From NCBI GenBank assembly GCA_032718475.1, contig JAUCBJ010002200.1:1-64000 (forward strand): 64,000 bases of DNA, in the 5' to 3' direction. The notes beneath the pieces were generated by a model, which was not told where the DNA came from, searched no databases, and saw nothing but the letters and a program-made list of their open reading frames with translations. Made by a program: the position numbers and the translations under genes. Source of the stretch: Nemertoderma westbladi. Lineage: Eukaryota; Animalia; Xenacoelomorpha. Each line of letters begins with the position of its first letter. The stretch's first letter is position 1. Below, piece by piece: positions 39,501-46,825 of this stretch.

Positions 39501-42374
39501 CCTGTACCACGCCCCTCCATTAATACAACTGTACCAACCTGTACCATCCCCTCCATTATACAACTGTACCAACCTGTACCAAGCCCCTCCAGTAATACAA
39601 CTGTACCAAGCTCCTCCATTAATACAAATGTATCAACCTGTACCAAGCCCCTCCATTAATACAACTGTACCAAGCTCCTCCATTAATACAAATGTATCAA
39701 CCTGTACCAAGCCCCTCCATTAATACAACTGTACCAACCTGTACCATCCCCTCCAGTAATACAACTGTACCAACCTGTACCAAGCTCCTCCATTACTACA
39801 ACTGTACCAACCTGTACCAAGCCCCTCCAGTAATACAACTGTACCAACCTGTACCAAGCCCCTCCATTAATACAACTGTACCAAGCTCCTCCATTAATAC
39901 AAATGTATCAACCTGTACCAAGCCCCTCCATTAATACAAATGTATCAACCTGTACCAAGCCCCTCCATTAATACAACTGTACCAACCTGTACCATCCCCT
40001 CCATTAATACAACTGTACCAACCTGTACCAAGCCCCTCCAGTAATACAACTGTACCAACCTGTACCAAGCTCCTCCATTAATACAAATGTATCAACCTGT
40101 ACCAAGCCCATCCATTAATACAACTGTACCAACCTGTACCATCCCCTCCATTAATACAACTGTACCAACCTGTACCAAGCCCCTCCAGTAATACAACTGT
40201 ACCAACCTGTACCAAGCTCCTCCATTAATACAAATGTATCAACCTGTACCAAGCCCCTCCATTAATACAACTGTACCAAGCTCCTCCAGTAATACAACTG
40301 TACCAACCTGTACCAAGCTCCTCCAGTAATACAACTGTACCAACCTGTACCAAGCTCCTCCAGTAATACAACTACCAACCTGTACCAAGCTCCTCCAGTA
40401 ATACAACTGTACCAACCTGTACCAAGCTCCTCCAGTAATACAACTGTACCAACCTGTACCAAGCTCCTCCAGTAATACAACTGTACCAACCTGTACCAAG
40501 CCCCTCCAGTAATACAACTGTACCAACCTGTACCAAGCTCCTCCAGTAATACAACTGTAGCAACCTGTACCAAGCTCCTCCAGTAATACAACTGTACCAA
40601 CCTGTACCAAGCTCCTCCAGTAATACAACTGTACCAACCTGTACCAAGCCCCTCCAGTAATGCTACTATCCGGGGTTAGATTGTATAACATATAAAGCTT
40701 CCTTTTGCTCTGATTTACGCTCGTAACGGCCTTTATTAACTTTTTACTCTCGAGATTTTTAAGCATCTTATTTAGAGCCGTTAAAGTAAGTCCGTGACCG
40801 GTAGCATTTCTTATATTCCGAACCTAGAGGGAAATATAAATTATTATATTCCGGATCTAGAGGGAAATATAAATTATTATATTCCGGATCTACAATAGAT
40901 CCGGCCCTGTGGGAGGTGGGGGAGGGGGGGGGGGGGGGGGGAGGGGTGGATACAATTAATTATAATTATAAATATGGATATTATATTATAATTAAAGAGG
41001 ATTTTTAATTCTGGAGCTAGATAAGTCAATAACTTGACGGGATGGCCTTAACTAATTATTGATGTAATATCGTATAAACAATAGCCATCATAATAATACG
41101 AATCTAAATTATATCACCTATGAAACTGCAAACGTCCGAAAGACAAAGTCAAAATCTGAATAGACTACATTTGTTTATTAAAGTGTAGGCCTACGTGGAG
41201 TAATTTGATTGGTTTACAGTATAGGACAATAACTAGGAATAGAATAGAGGTCTTGTGATAACTTTAATATCATTATTAAATAATTAACTATAAACTAAAT
41301 ATAAAAATAACTAAATAATTAAACATAAACTTACCCAAATACCTTTATCACCAGCCTCCTCTATTATACCGTAAACCAACTCCTCAGCTCCCCCGCTCTC
41401 TAATTCCGAAGTAATCGCCACATTACGTTCCACTTTACAACGGTAGAACGGTTCCGTACTGCCTCGAGCGCGGAGGATCTAAAACATTAAATGGTAAAAC
41501 AAAATAGTTCTACTGCCTGACTGCCTATTTAGTACTATCGGACATATAAATTGTGTAAAATGTATAAAATGGCCAAGTGCAGTAGGGTTGAGCACAGTGG
41601 CAGCATACTATTTATTATCGTATTAACAGAGGGGAGGCCAAGAGGACGTAATTTGCAAAGCAGTAATTAAACCATAACCCGCATGAATTACTGCTTTAAC
41701 TATGGTTTGTGCCTGACCAACAAACCCTAACCTAAAAAACATACCAATATCCTATCCTAGTCACTGTAGTCAGTACCTATAGAAAACACCCCAATAACCA
41801 AGTCATTGAGTTAGGCCTACCCAAGGCCAAGGCAGCGAAGTAAAATAACGTTGTATGTTTTCCATATAAAAAGTGGCGTCTGGAGTGTGATAGAGCCAAA
41901 CAAAAGTTAGATTTATAGTACCGGTACCACAGGGGTTACTCATATCTCCCAAAATATACAGATAGGATGAATATTTTAGACTTCCCCAACGCCATCGCTA
42001 TCGTAAGTAACACATTGACGGTGTAGACCTATTCAGAACATATTTATACAACGATGTAAATATCAGGACGGATTGGTTTACGTCCATACAATAGACCCAA
42101 CGAAATCAAAACAAACTACGGGTGTTACTGTTTATGTTACATGTTAACAAACTTCTAATTTGCTGCAAGTAAGTAGTTGGTTGACAGCAGCGAGTCTGTC
42201 TCCGGGACTCCCCCATTCAACTTCCGCCCAAAGTGACGAGTCGGAAATGCTGTCGTGTTTCTGGCAAACTTCCAGGATTCTCTCGACCAGCAGGTCGTTC
42301 ATATTCGGGATCTGGGCGACATTGCTCGGTCCGGCTTCCGATAAGTTACCGGTTTTCGAGCTACTGGAATTCAT
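9329..42374 (-). CDS. POLR3F: DNA-directed RNA polymerase III subunit RPC6 (C34/RPC39), 5-exon gene: join(42374-42153, 41478-41335, 40823-40639, 10339-10165, 9583-9329), 326 aa
   Basis: All four introns are GT-AG and the phases match (0,0,2,0). The joined protein has the RPC6 signatures LVYGIIEEAGDKGIW, KNLESKKLIKAV, YMLYNL.PD.SITGGAWYS..FESEFVDVLNQQC, ILQTLIYDGKVE and the C-terminal Fe-S cysteine cluster PCGICPV...C......SPETCVYMTDWL. Confidence 0.96.
10165..10339 (-). CDS. POLR3F: POLR3F exon 4
   Basis: Acceptor GTTTTAG|T GCT GAT; reads (S)ADGFESEFVDVLNQQCYRFLKEK...YITELGISK; donor AAG|GTAAAT. Not in the ORF track. Confidence 0.95.
10537..10928. mobile_element. Palindromic MITE/foldback element
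   Basis: The left ~155 bp (CCCATGTGAA..TTTCACTTTGCAGT..AAACAATAAACGAAT) is the degenerate reverse complement of the right arm. A second partial copy lies at 43701-43978. Confidence 0.8.
12549..19568 (-). repeat. 37-bp minisatellite derived from the POLR3F exon 3/intron 3 junction (distal block)
   Basis: Minus-strand unit ATTACTGGAGGRGCTTGGTACAG|GTTGGTACAGTTGT, with 27-, 35- and 36-bp variants. Matches the exon end encoding ITGGAWY(S) plus the first 14 nt of the intron. Confidence 0.97.
19569..20746 (-). repeat. 3' LTR of BEL/Pao element (1178 bp)
   Basis: Nearly identical to 34408-35588; by eye I found one substitution and one 3-bp indel. Confidence 0.97.
20747..20755 (-). promoter_or_regulatory. 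Short polypurine tract preceding the 3' LTR
   Basis: Minus strand reads TGGGAGCGG directly before the TGTAAAAG start of the 3' LTR. Confidence 0.65.
21522..22343 (-). CDS. Extra ORF of unknown function in the 3' region of the BEL/Pao element (~273 aa from ATG 22343)
   Basis: Open frame 21522-22523 in the track; first ATG is MTELIEDVLG. Charged, soluble-looking sequence with no signal peptide or clear TM helix. May continue in another frame to 21385. Confidence 0.6.
   Translation of the reverse strand: MTELIEDVLGIGERYTLLLQAFVDSLIRGDVSPTAAEDDGRYIEPPMSKEQLARELDYRKFAARYTQRNGTYMAFLTTGHPIDLHDIDDIDTKREMVLFKYHTQRRRNNKPRIEYKNSMRNRIESTDVEEPDKRSDFTKYLELLRETYLDITSQQNLETRYPQGIHHDRMVELKRLYSTMMYLTADRPLPVVPDSFERMEEYCKLEKDHSRFPYKTCVFGVIVMNAQDPTNKQKDINIRGDVALNTVLLAILTGVSSETCSMYHLRSFDSDDP
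23996..27418 (-). CDS. BEL/Pao Pol: reverse transcriptase, RNase H (Pao 'peptidase A17' region), integrase
   Basis: Motifs RVVFDGS, SDIEGMFLQV, IYMDD (RT); VFGDAS, YWTD, NPADIASRG (RH); H..LYHAG, CIPC, GVDLFGP, SDKGTNF, GGSWERLIR (IN). Same frame as the upstream Gag-PR ORF. Confidence 0.95.
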   Translation of the reverse strand, partial: RLTANSSAKAMYQTQLEKFISKGYAERVPEETSVTERTYYLTHHYVPKPGKPHEVRVVFDGSALYMGQSLNSELLPGPNLLQSLLGILLRLRQYSIAFASDIEGMFLQVKVLDRDRDSLRFLWWPEGDLNQKPVEYWMTIQAFGIISSPSNACSVVRTTAEDNREAFSKEVIDNIKRDIYMDDNLKSLPSVEEAIEVAKGTVECLKRGGFRLTKFTSNSREFLESIPAEDRGAKDLDLIKDDLPETKTLGLKWDTERDILFFQLKQRDNLVRTKRICLSILSTYFDPLGFISPVILIARSLVQQMWLENHSWDDPLKGELLKKWMKWEDSLPAIEDFIISRSYFGHVLPTYSYQLRVFGDASDMGIGIVAYLRVETPDGIKVALVTSKALINNKLKVPRAELKAALYATAIGRNVTEQIDYTLEKTVYWTDALLVLEYITNEVCQFSVFVTNRVAIILSRTTMDQWRHCPGTINPADIASRGATPKELVNTPEWLGGPDFLYREEEEWPPHLTTAEIRQAKGAEKVKPKTRASKSKLFKPAVDLSVLFTSGDDALDQKPTATTKEVLEIRDKDWKSGIPDISQGLSPLLQRAIRHYSSWNRLCKAVTYLKRCFHHRYSGTKTHSDDAPSTSARVHVVKDLPQYKVSDRFLKEKISYQEHDETNKQMLRLLQCYEDSDKYFLLLRNPQMRLRDRFSSTMIDGLIRVGGRLTNAPLSFDTKFPILIRNLDIQIKIIVDVHSKLYHAGRERVLSEIRTRYYFYKPRRALNQVLRNCIPCRKAFSRPLTQREAELPRERVSFYEPPFTNTGVDLFGPIEVYRARTIVKRWCVIFVCMTCRAIHLDMVNDLSTNSFVLSLRRQIARFGTSNTMRSDKGTNFIGANNEIQAYVKDWNKRQVDDQLRITASSWTFNAADAPWWGGSWERLIRSVKTAFHFIVPCRAYLTDELLRTLMEEIAAYLNERPLMPVSSSPDSLEALTPAHFLLKKPVAMLPRSEITDGDEYCRRTWQLMQLLSRRFADHFEKHYLPTLQLRTKWFAQQENVSAGDMVLIVDPDLPRKRWQTGRIIETHISSDGLVRSVELVVMRRNFKKPGIVFETQHLNRPVGRLCLLERDRELSGNYGRQETLPTTTSLIQPTSRDSPT
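27419..32146 (-). CDS. BEL/Pao Gag-protease ORF (1575 aa)
   Basis: Capsid-like KFNGDEMKWLPF..EKLRYLIECLEG; knuckles CALCDGIHHLNRC, CYNCLRQGHQRRTC, CAKCGAKHHILLH; aspartic protease ALLDSGS; Ala/Glu-rich coiled coil. Ends at an in-frame TGA. Confidence 0.95.
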   Translation of the reverse strand: MSDTKQNLSDSILDVTICDSDRGVEPSSRKFSSPPTVRKVIPPVVITEPRLVQHRRSIIGTRAQVKRDQEAAEQQQPASQELTSQRPNSSSSEDTVELTPERGAKMTDAVYTDPLLILPAAVLTRLLIAVEEHQIDWARSQRSTRDSYAGYTREELKSMVESQWNFPGPGLPFDLSEAAWEDIHRMGVAKETIDPAVWKRSAAGYAQGFFSSMERVKGQLFQQPQGPQEQGQLLYQVRERILRIRLILSAFEEASKRRQDTSLQVAVKTWFQRVNLQVQGTAQWKAQLEERSTHGESTDATFSQVESEATAEKPHKRDAIDIYLSDYQRFLGDDELRRRLEGLNPNSEGTKLVLDAIDVEMRAANQAEFDEQLRITRAQEEQVKKKRIEDRKKAAVVAAEVERKAAAAEAAAEAKAAAAEAKAAAAAAVAEAEAKAAAAAAAAAAEAKAAEAERKAAEAVAEAERRATEETTQLELENIQENQDCINKQLTASNMQMMNRSTPKRQGYTSSEEGDTTDTEGKGNRSRLSRRKRTFHRQKLPDLPPAVRRQLNNTNLGSTEPTDQIIKIERLPTIVDEPEIIRPVLEITPSVIDTPVLPETTSKFPLHSTKLPVPSRTAQGTVQVLDPERNIHNLSPVVPRPPATTLATPASAVEWVDERRRGMDILLGQMQETVQQFKGTVRESRLELQEVQQSIALERDKLVNTQKGIPPPSVTMCQPVRSEVSHAQGVEPTRIYTASEVETPIVNPIKGNYRPVDNDNPYRTDHNPRNLYTDNSILNNTMAQESFTRQMARTEARQAVKVGEIVKFNGDEMKWLPFNEYYKDNIQNSVLSNGEKLRYLIECLEGSPKLMALKFIGHPDGLRQVWDTLNIRYGNKNNIAKYLYAKLVAPRKFISSGIIEFSDEIQEICRQLDWLGKSHEYQSSMVIGAVASTLPKGGVGTRWDKKVLYMMEQQRRDPTMADLMSFLDGEVKLQLLKQSREKTPENKVSEKPVSRRKVTPVCYTDDGESQTSQGEDSGKDTDRSYYVNKMPKDQVSKFKSRANERREQVRKTPPTSPKRIQVRKPEEKASVHNVTQNKVSNIKPKCALCDGIHHLNRCDEFLKKSLTERREVMWDKRLCYNCLRQGHQRRTCFSDIRCAKCGAKHHILLHAEFDRNSPNQVSDSELHVQFSDVNDTDQSEMEGFYTDEFSDENESCYMINTAVYRALTYEKDTDNDFTLTTSERQPSWKEPSSNVGIREFPVVQVRVHGPERSYVVNALLDSGSTGTFIDKELAEDIFAGQPKFQTKLNMSGIMQVWKSTITADYYVGALSTPQDELGEHSIRSVKMVAIKNFATTQADLYNWDEDESIQHLNIPRFQTDYPGVQILIGQNAHEALETLEKRPAQPQPLQTYAVRTRVGWYFTGPSRRTLRERLPPESVCQVSEWEDDTSEGDNSTEGIPYSSDNDDVHQLFDEENTIDLLKENEAWQNQVNLCQLLYPSEREAYNDELNDVIERHNAKIRDEHAVRFFTQEAVEPNSYDKALSVEEERAKQIQETTTRFLKDQGRYEVGLPFRKKEPKFINNRPLVEKRIAQLH
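33479..34036. repeat. ~288-bp diverged tandem duplication in the retrotransposon 5' leader
   Basis: Blocks such as GTATGCGTTCTAACCCAGTAGTACGACTTATTCTTTA and GGGGGTTTACCTTACAGCATTCGCTGCCCCTACTTCCTAACCGT occur twice. Confidence 0.85.
34396..34407 (-). promoter_or_regulatory. Non-tRNA primer-binding-site equivalent (TTAAAGGATATA), complementary to an LTR-internal 12-mer
   Basis: Directly follows the 5' LTR CA and has no TGG. It is the exact reverse complement of the LTR segment at 35137-35148 (and 20295-20306). Confidence 0.7.
34408..35588 (-). repeat. 5' LTR of BEL/Pao element (1181 bp)
   Basis: TG...CA termini; near-identical to the other LTR; upstream of gag on the minus strand. Confidence 0.97.
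35589..40661 (-). repeat. 37-bp splice-junction minisatellite (proximal block, begins inside POLR3F exon 3)
   Basis: Same unit as 12549-19568. The first copy is the real exon end (40661-40639) plus the donor GTTGGT at 40638. Confidence 0.97.
40639..40823 (-). CDS. POLR3F: POLR3F exon 3
   Basis: Acceptor TTCCCTCTAG|GTT; reads VRNIRNATGHGLTLTALNKMLKNLESKKLIKAV...PDSSITGGAWY+AG; donor AG|GTTGGT, phase 2, matching exon 4. Confidence 0.95.
40811..40892 (-). repeat. 33-bp tandem duplication (~2.5 copies) spanning the exon 3 splice acceptor
   Basis: TTATATTCCGRAYCTAGAGGGAAATATAAATTA at 40811 and 40844, partial copy at 40877. Confidence 0.9.
41335..41478 (-). CDS. POLR3F: POLR3F exon 2
   Basis: Acceptor GTTTTAG|ATC; reads ILRARGSTEPFYRCK...EELVYGIIEEAGDKGIW; donor TGG|GTAAGT. 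Confidence 0.93.
42153..42374 (-). CDS. POLR3F: POLR3F exon 1
   Basis: ATG at 42374; ERILEVCQKH...RLAAVNQLL..SKLE resembles the RPC6 first winged helix; donor GAA|GTTTGT, phase 0. Confidence 0.85.
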
Positions 42375-42979
42375 CGCAGTTGAGCCTAAAGCTAAAAGTT
42401 AGCCTCGAGTTTCTGACAAAAAATACAGTTGTCAGCTTACAGTATATTCCAAGCCAGGCACCAGCACCAGGGCAAAGGCATAATGGCAAATTAATTTTAT
42501 ATAAAATCTGAAGACAATACAGCAATAGGCCTAATTTAAAATTTTAAGAGATAGGTTGATAGGTGTGCTGTACTACATTACATCATAACATTACGGCGTG
42601 AATACGAGGGAACAAAGATAAAACACCCCACTAACTGCACTATCTGACAACTATTGCACTATCTGACTACTACCGGTACTGCACTGCAATGACGAACGTA
42701 AAAAATGTACAAATAACACTAGCAGACTTTGCCTACATGTACATGAATTTCAAATTGAATTTCCCACTCCTAACGTTTGGCCCGTCAGCAGGATAGCCAA
42801 TGAAAAATGATTATTGAAGCAAAGAATGAATCTCAGATATCTTAGATAAATCTACAGATAGATAGATCTAATCTTAGATATAATAAAATTTGCAGTTGTT
42901 AGCCATTGCCGCATTGCGAATCGAATATACACACCTACTGACATTGACTCCTTATTCCTTACCTTACTTGTGCATACTA

Positions 42980-43470
42980 CCCACTGAAAAATTCCCATGC
43001 GTATCGCAAGTGATTTTAATGCGTGTCATGCGTTTTTATTGCGGCTCAATAAATAGCGTGTGATTCACATGTAAAATAATGTAAAGATATGTAACATAGT
43101 AATATAGTAATGTAAGATAAGTACAGTAGGCAGATGATATGGAAGCCCATATAGTATCAAACAGTTAGTAGTGGAATAATCAACTACTGTGTCATATTTT
43201 CTGACACAAGGTCTCAATATATTACACAAAAATCACAAACAGTAGATTTTTGTGATATTTATGCGTCATGACGCTTGAAAGTCGCAAGTTAATCGCATGT
43301 GATTTGTATGCGACTGAACGCAAGTTGTTGCGATATTTATGCGACTTAACGCAAGTTGTTGCGATATCTATGCGACTTAACGCATGTAGGTCGCTTGCAT
43401 AACTCTTGGGAATCACATCAGATACGCCTGCGTTGCACGCTTGCGATACGCTTGCGCACTTTTTACTGGG
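42980..43470. mobile_element. Non-autonomous DNA transposon/MITE with CCCA(C/G)T..AAAA termini and TA flanks
   Basis: Left CCCACTGAAAAA..GCGTATCGCAAG and right CTTGCGATACGC..TTTTTACTGGG; TA on both sides; internal ATGCGACTTAACGCA repeats. Confidence 0.7.
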
Positions 43471-43700
43471 TAGGTTGAGGTTCTTGACAAACATACAGCA
43501 ATTGATCCACTACACGATACTGAACGTATTGGCTGCAGCGCATCCTGTATGGATTGAATAGAATTTGATCAATTTACTTGCAAACATTTTCTACTTCGAT
43601 GCTCTTTCAACAAAATAAACTTTCAATAAAATTTAAGAAATTCCCTAAAAATATTAAATCCAATCCATTAAATGGAATGCAATCCTATAGGTCACTGTTT

Positions 43701-43978
43701 CGCCCACGTGAAGAATACCAGAATTTCACTTTTCGGTCGACATTTTATTGGAATTTTATATATGGAGAGTTTGTAATTTTTTAAATTTATCTTTATTAAG
43801 TGTTTTATAGAGCTTATTTCTGTCTTACAACCTGTACATGTACTAATTCGTTTATTGTTTTGGTTAGATTCAGCCCTTCTGTAACCTGTGTTTTTGGTGA
43901 AAACCTGGTATTCTTCAAATGGGGGTAACTGCAAAGTGAAATATAACGGCAGGAAGTCTGGTATTCTTCCCATGGGCC
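43701..43978. mobile_element. Partial copy of the MITE at 10537-10928
   Basis: Shares CGCCCA(C/T)GTGAAGAATACCAG...TACTAATTCGTTTATTGTTTTGGTTAGATTCAGC...GGGGGTAACTGCAAAGTGAAATATAACGGCAG. Confidence 0.85.
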
Positions 43979-44005
43979 CACTTTTTGTCGCTAGGGAAAG
44001 AAAGA

Positions 44006-44110
44006 GGTGTACGGACAATTCCGACCCGGACAATTCCGACCCATCCAGAGATCAAATGAAATTTTCATGGGTCGGAATTGTCCGGATCCAGCATAGGACA
44101 ATTCCGACCC
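44006..44110. repeat. Cluster of GGACAATTCCGACCC direct and inverted repeats (DNA-transposon subterminal-like)
   Basis: Three direct copies and one inverted copy of a 15-mer within ~105 bp. Confidence 0.6.
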
Positions 44111-44531
44111 AAATAATTTAATAATATTAATAATAATAACTTTATTTAACATTTGTGTTGCTCTGTGCCAATCTAAGTAAATATACACACCATTTTACTA
44201 ATTATAGCCACCGGGGCGTAATCCGGATGTAATAATAATAATCTGACTCCACTGCGACACCCACCATGTGGAATGGCAAACCAGGGTGTGGTATTTGCCC
44301 CGAGAGCTGACTCGGCAAAAAAGCACCCCCCAACCCCCACTATGGATTACATTAGTAATGCGGAGGTCCGGCCACTTAAGGCCAGTGAAATTATCGGACT
44401 ACTACTACTACTACTACTACTAGGATCGGCATGCTGCATTGCAGCTGCATTTTTAAGAATGCTGTGCCGGCTTGTCGACAAAATTACGCCGCCACAACTC
44501 TCTATCACCCATGACATTTGCTAGATCATCC

Positions 44532-45190
44532 GCATCTTCAAGGCCAGTGACCTTTAAGATGCGTCTCAAGAAAGTCATGAGCTGTCCACCATGCTTATTC
44601 ACTACATGAGGCTGTCAAAGCACAAGATTATGCACTGGCTGGTCCTCACGGCGAAAGCAATGTCATGCAAAGCGGAGGCGACTTTGTTCTAGTGTCAAGC
44701 TTGGGCGAACCAATGAGACACCTCCAATGTTATATATTGTCTGGTTGAAGATGTGTGCATTGTACTTGACACAATGAACACGGCGTAGCATTCTTGTGAA
44801 TGAGCCATCCAGAGATTTGGTGTCCTCAGCAGTTAGAGCCCATCATGGACTCCAATAAAGGAGTACTGGAACTACTGCTGCTCTAAATAATCGGACCTTA
44901 AGTTTCTGATTAATTTTATATGACTTCCAAATCCTGGAAAGCTCATTCAATGTTTCCCATGCCATTCTCTTACGTATTCGAAGGTCCTCAACTGACTTCC
45001 GGATCCATGATCCATGCTAACAGAAGTCGTACATATGCTCAAGCATACCATTCATTGAACTTGTGCTCATGCAGGGCATTGGCGGTAAACCAGCCTGTGC
45101 AAAATCTTGTGCTTTGGCGGCCTTATGGAGTGAATAATCATGGTTGACTTTCTTGAGACGCCTCTTAAAGGACAATGGCCTTGAGGGTGC
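44532..45190. mobile_element. ~660-bp element bounded by ~45-bp terminal inverted repeats
   Basis: TCAAGGCCAGTGACCTTTAAGATGCGTCTCAAGAAAGTCA versus TGACTTTCTTGAGACGCCTCTTAAAGGACAATGGCCTTGA. Confidence 0.7.
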
Positions 45191-45458
45191 TAATATATAT
45201 ATGATAATATATATAATTTGATGTACTAATATGGAAAATGTACAATAAACAAACAGGTGGTCTTTGTCAATTTAAGTTTACTATTTCATTGCTAAATATT
45301 ATGATATATATTAGAATAATAATATGGTTTTTTAAATGAAAAAATAATTAATATTATATGTTTTGTTAATTAATATTATAATATATTGTGATTATATTAT
45401 ATCCAAAGATCGCAATGGTATTCTTCCTATAAAATTTCCTCATCTAACAAATTTCTCA

Positions 45459-46514
45459 TTAGTTACATTCTTGATGATTTCTAATGGTAACTTGATGGTT
45501 ACTGTGAAACTGATAGATTTCAACTAACATTTTCCAAAAAGCACGAGTTTTATCGGGACTGAAACCATGCCTAGCTATAAGCTGTAACCAATCGCACTTG
45601 ATGAACTTATTGTCCTTATCGACAACAGCAACTTGTATGGATGGCAAATTCACAGGCTTTATGCCAATGCTAAAAGCAAGGATTCCAGCAAAAGCTTCCT
45701 CTACAGGAATTATGATTTGTGAGGGAACTTGTGCTAATAAATGAGATACAACGTCTTTAGAAAGCAAGTAGAATCCTCCAGAGTTATAGGGAGGGTAGAA
45801 CTTTTGTGGATAATCCTCAACATCTACTTGGTACCTCAACATGTTTTTATCGATGGATCGATATACTGGAGAATTATAATTTGTATGGCCTCCGTAGAAA
45901 CCAGTTCGGTTTTTATTCTTTCCTATAAACTCGACTAAATAGAAAGGATTTACAAACATATCTTGATCCCCAACAATAACGAATCTTGCTTTCTCACAAT
46001 ATCGTTCAGACCAAACCCACGTCATCACAAGTTTTAGAGTTAAATTACGAAAGCTGTCAGTAAAATTAGCCTGCACTATATCTCCATAGGTGTTGCTCTC
46101 TATTTCAATTTCTTTTTGAGATTCGGTATTTATGTAACCCAGTGTAAAAATTGTAACCATATTAGTTCCATTGATTCGCTTTGGATTTGCCCAAGTTTCT
46201 CTGATCACTTTCCTCTTTTGGAATTCTAATGGTGATGATTTTAGCATAATAAGAACAAGGCCATTCCCATTTATTGGTTCTGTAGAATTATAGCAACCAT
46301 TTGGGTTTCTAATAATGAATTCAATTGTAATATTCGATTCATTACTTTTCTTTACTATAAATTCATCACTATTCTTTAGAAGTTTATATATAAACACATA
46401 ATTTTGAGAAAAACAAAAATAAAATAATGCGTTTATCAGTGTGATAATGAGTATAAACATTAATGTAATTCGAAACTTCCCTTTGATGCGGCAATTGTAA
46501 GGCAAAATCATCAT
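45459..46514 (-). CDS. Beta-1,3-galactosyltransferase-like glycosyltransferase (CAZy GT31), intronless CDS, 351 aa
   Basis: N-terminal TM anchor; GT31 motifs RKVIRETW, ESNTYGDIVQANFTDSFRNLTLK, DQDMFVN (DxD), YPPYNSGGFYLLS, EEAFAG. The exact ortholog cannot be assigned. Confidence 0.92.
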   Translation of the reverse strand: MMILPYNCRIKGKFRITLMFILIITLINALFYFCFSQNYVFIYKLLKNSDEFIVKKSNESNITIEFIIRNPNGCYNSTEPINGNGLVLIMLKSSPLEFQKRKVIRETWANPKRINGTNMVTIFTLGYINTESQKEIEIESNTYGDIVQANFTDSFRNLTLKLVMTWVWSERYCEKARFVIVGDQDMFVNPFYLVEFIGKNKNRTGFYGGHTNYNSPVYRSIDKNMLRYQVDVEDYPQKFYPPYNSGGFYLLSKDVVSHLLAQVPSQIIIPVEEAFAGILAFSIGIKPVNLPSIQVAVVDKDNKFIKCDWLQLIARHGFSPDKTRAFWKMLVEIYQFHSNHQVTIRNHQECN

Positions 46515-46825
46515 TCATTTCTGTAAAAGTGTTATTACTTGATAAATAATCCAATATCACGAGTGAGTATAAATGTAAACACTCCAAACTGTGATCTGCA
46601 TTCAAATAAGTTATGAATGACTCTGTATTGAGTTCAACATAACTTGTTAACTCCTATTAATAATTAGTGTAACCCTAAGATATAAAATACCATCAAACTA
46701 TCAACCAATCAAACTCAAATCAAACCATCAAAATAATTGTAAACTATAAGTTGGAATGTTGATGAGAATAATAACAAAAATAGTTAACAACTTATCGATA
46801 TTTTATGACAGATACTACAACAAAT

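Noticed and set aside
12549-40638. Recursive (ratchet) splicing at the repeated AG|GT
   Set aside because: The AG is preceded by purine-rich GGAGGAGCTTGGTAC, not a polypyrimidine tract, so the units are poor acceptors.
12633-40647. Dozens of ORFs reading GTGWYSCITGGAWYRLVQLYYWRSLVQV
   Set aside because: Artefacts of a stop-poor tandem repeat read in all three frames; only the first ITGGAWY belongs to POLR3F.
12549-40661. CRISPR array suggested by a 37-bp repeat
   Set aside because: Units are head-to-tail with no unique spacers, there are no cas genes, and the context is a eukaryotic intron.
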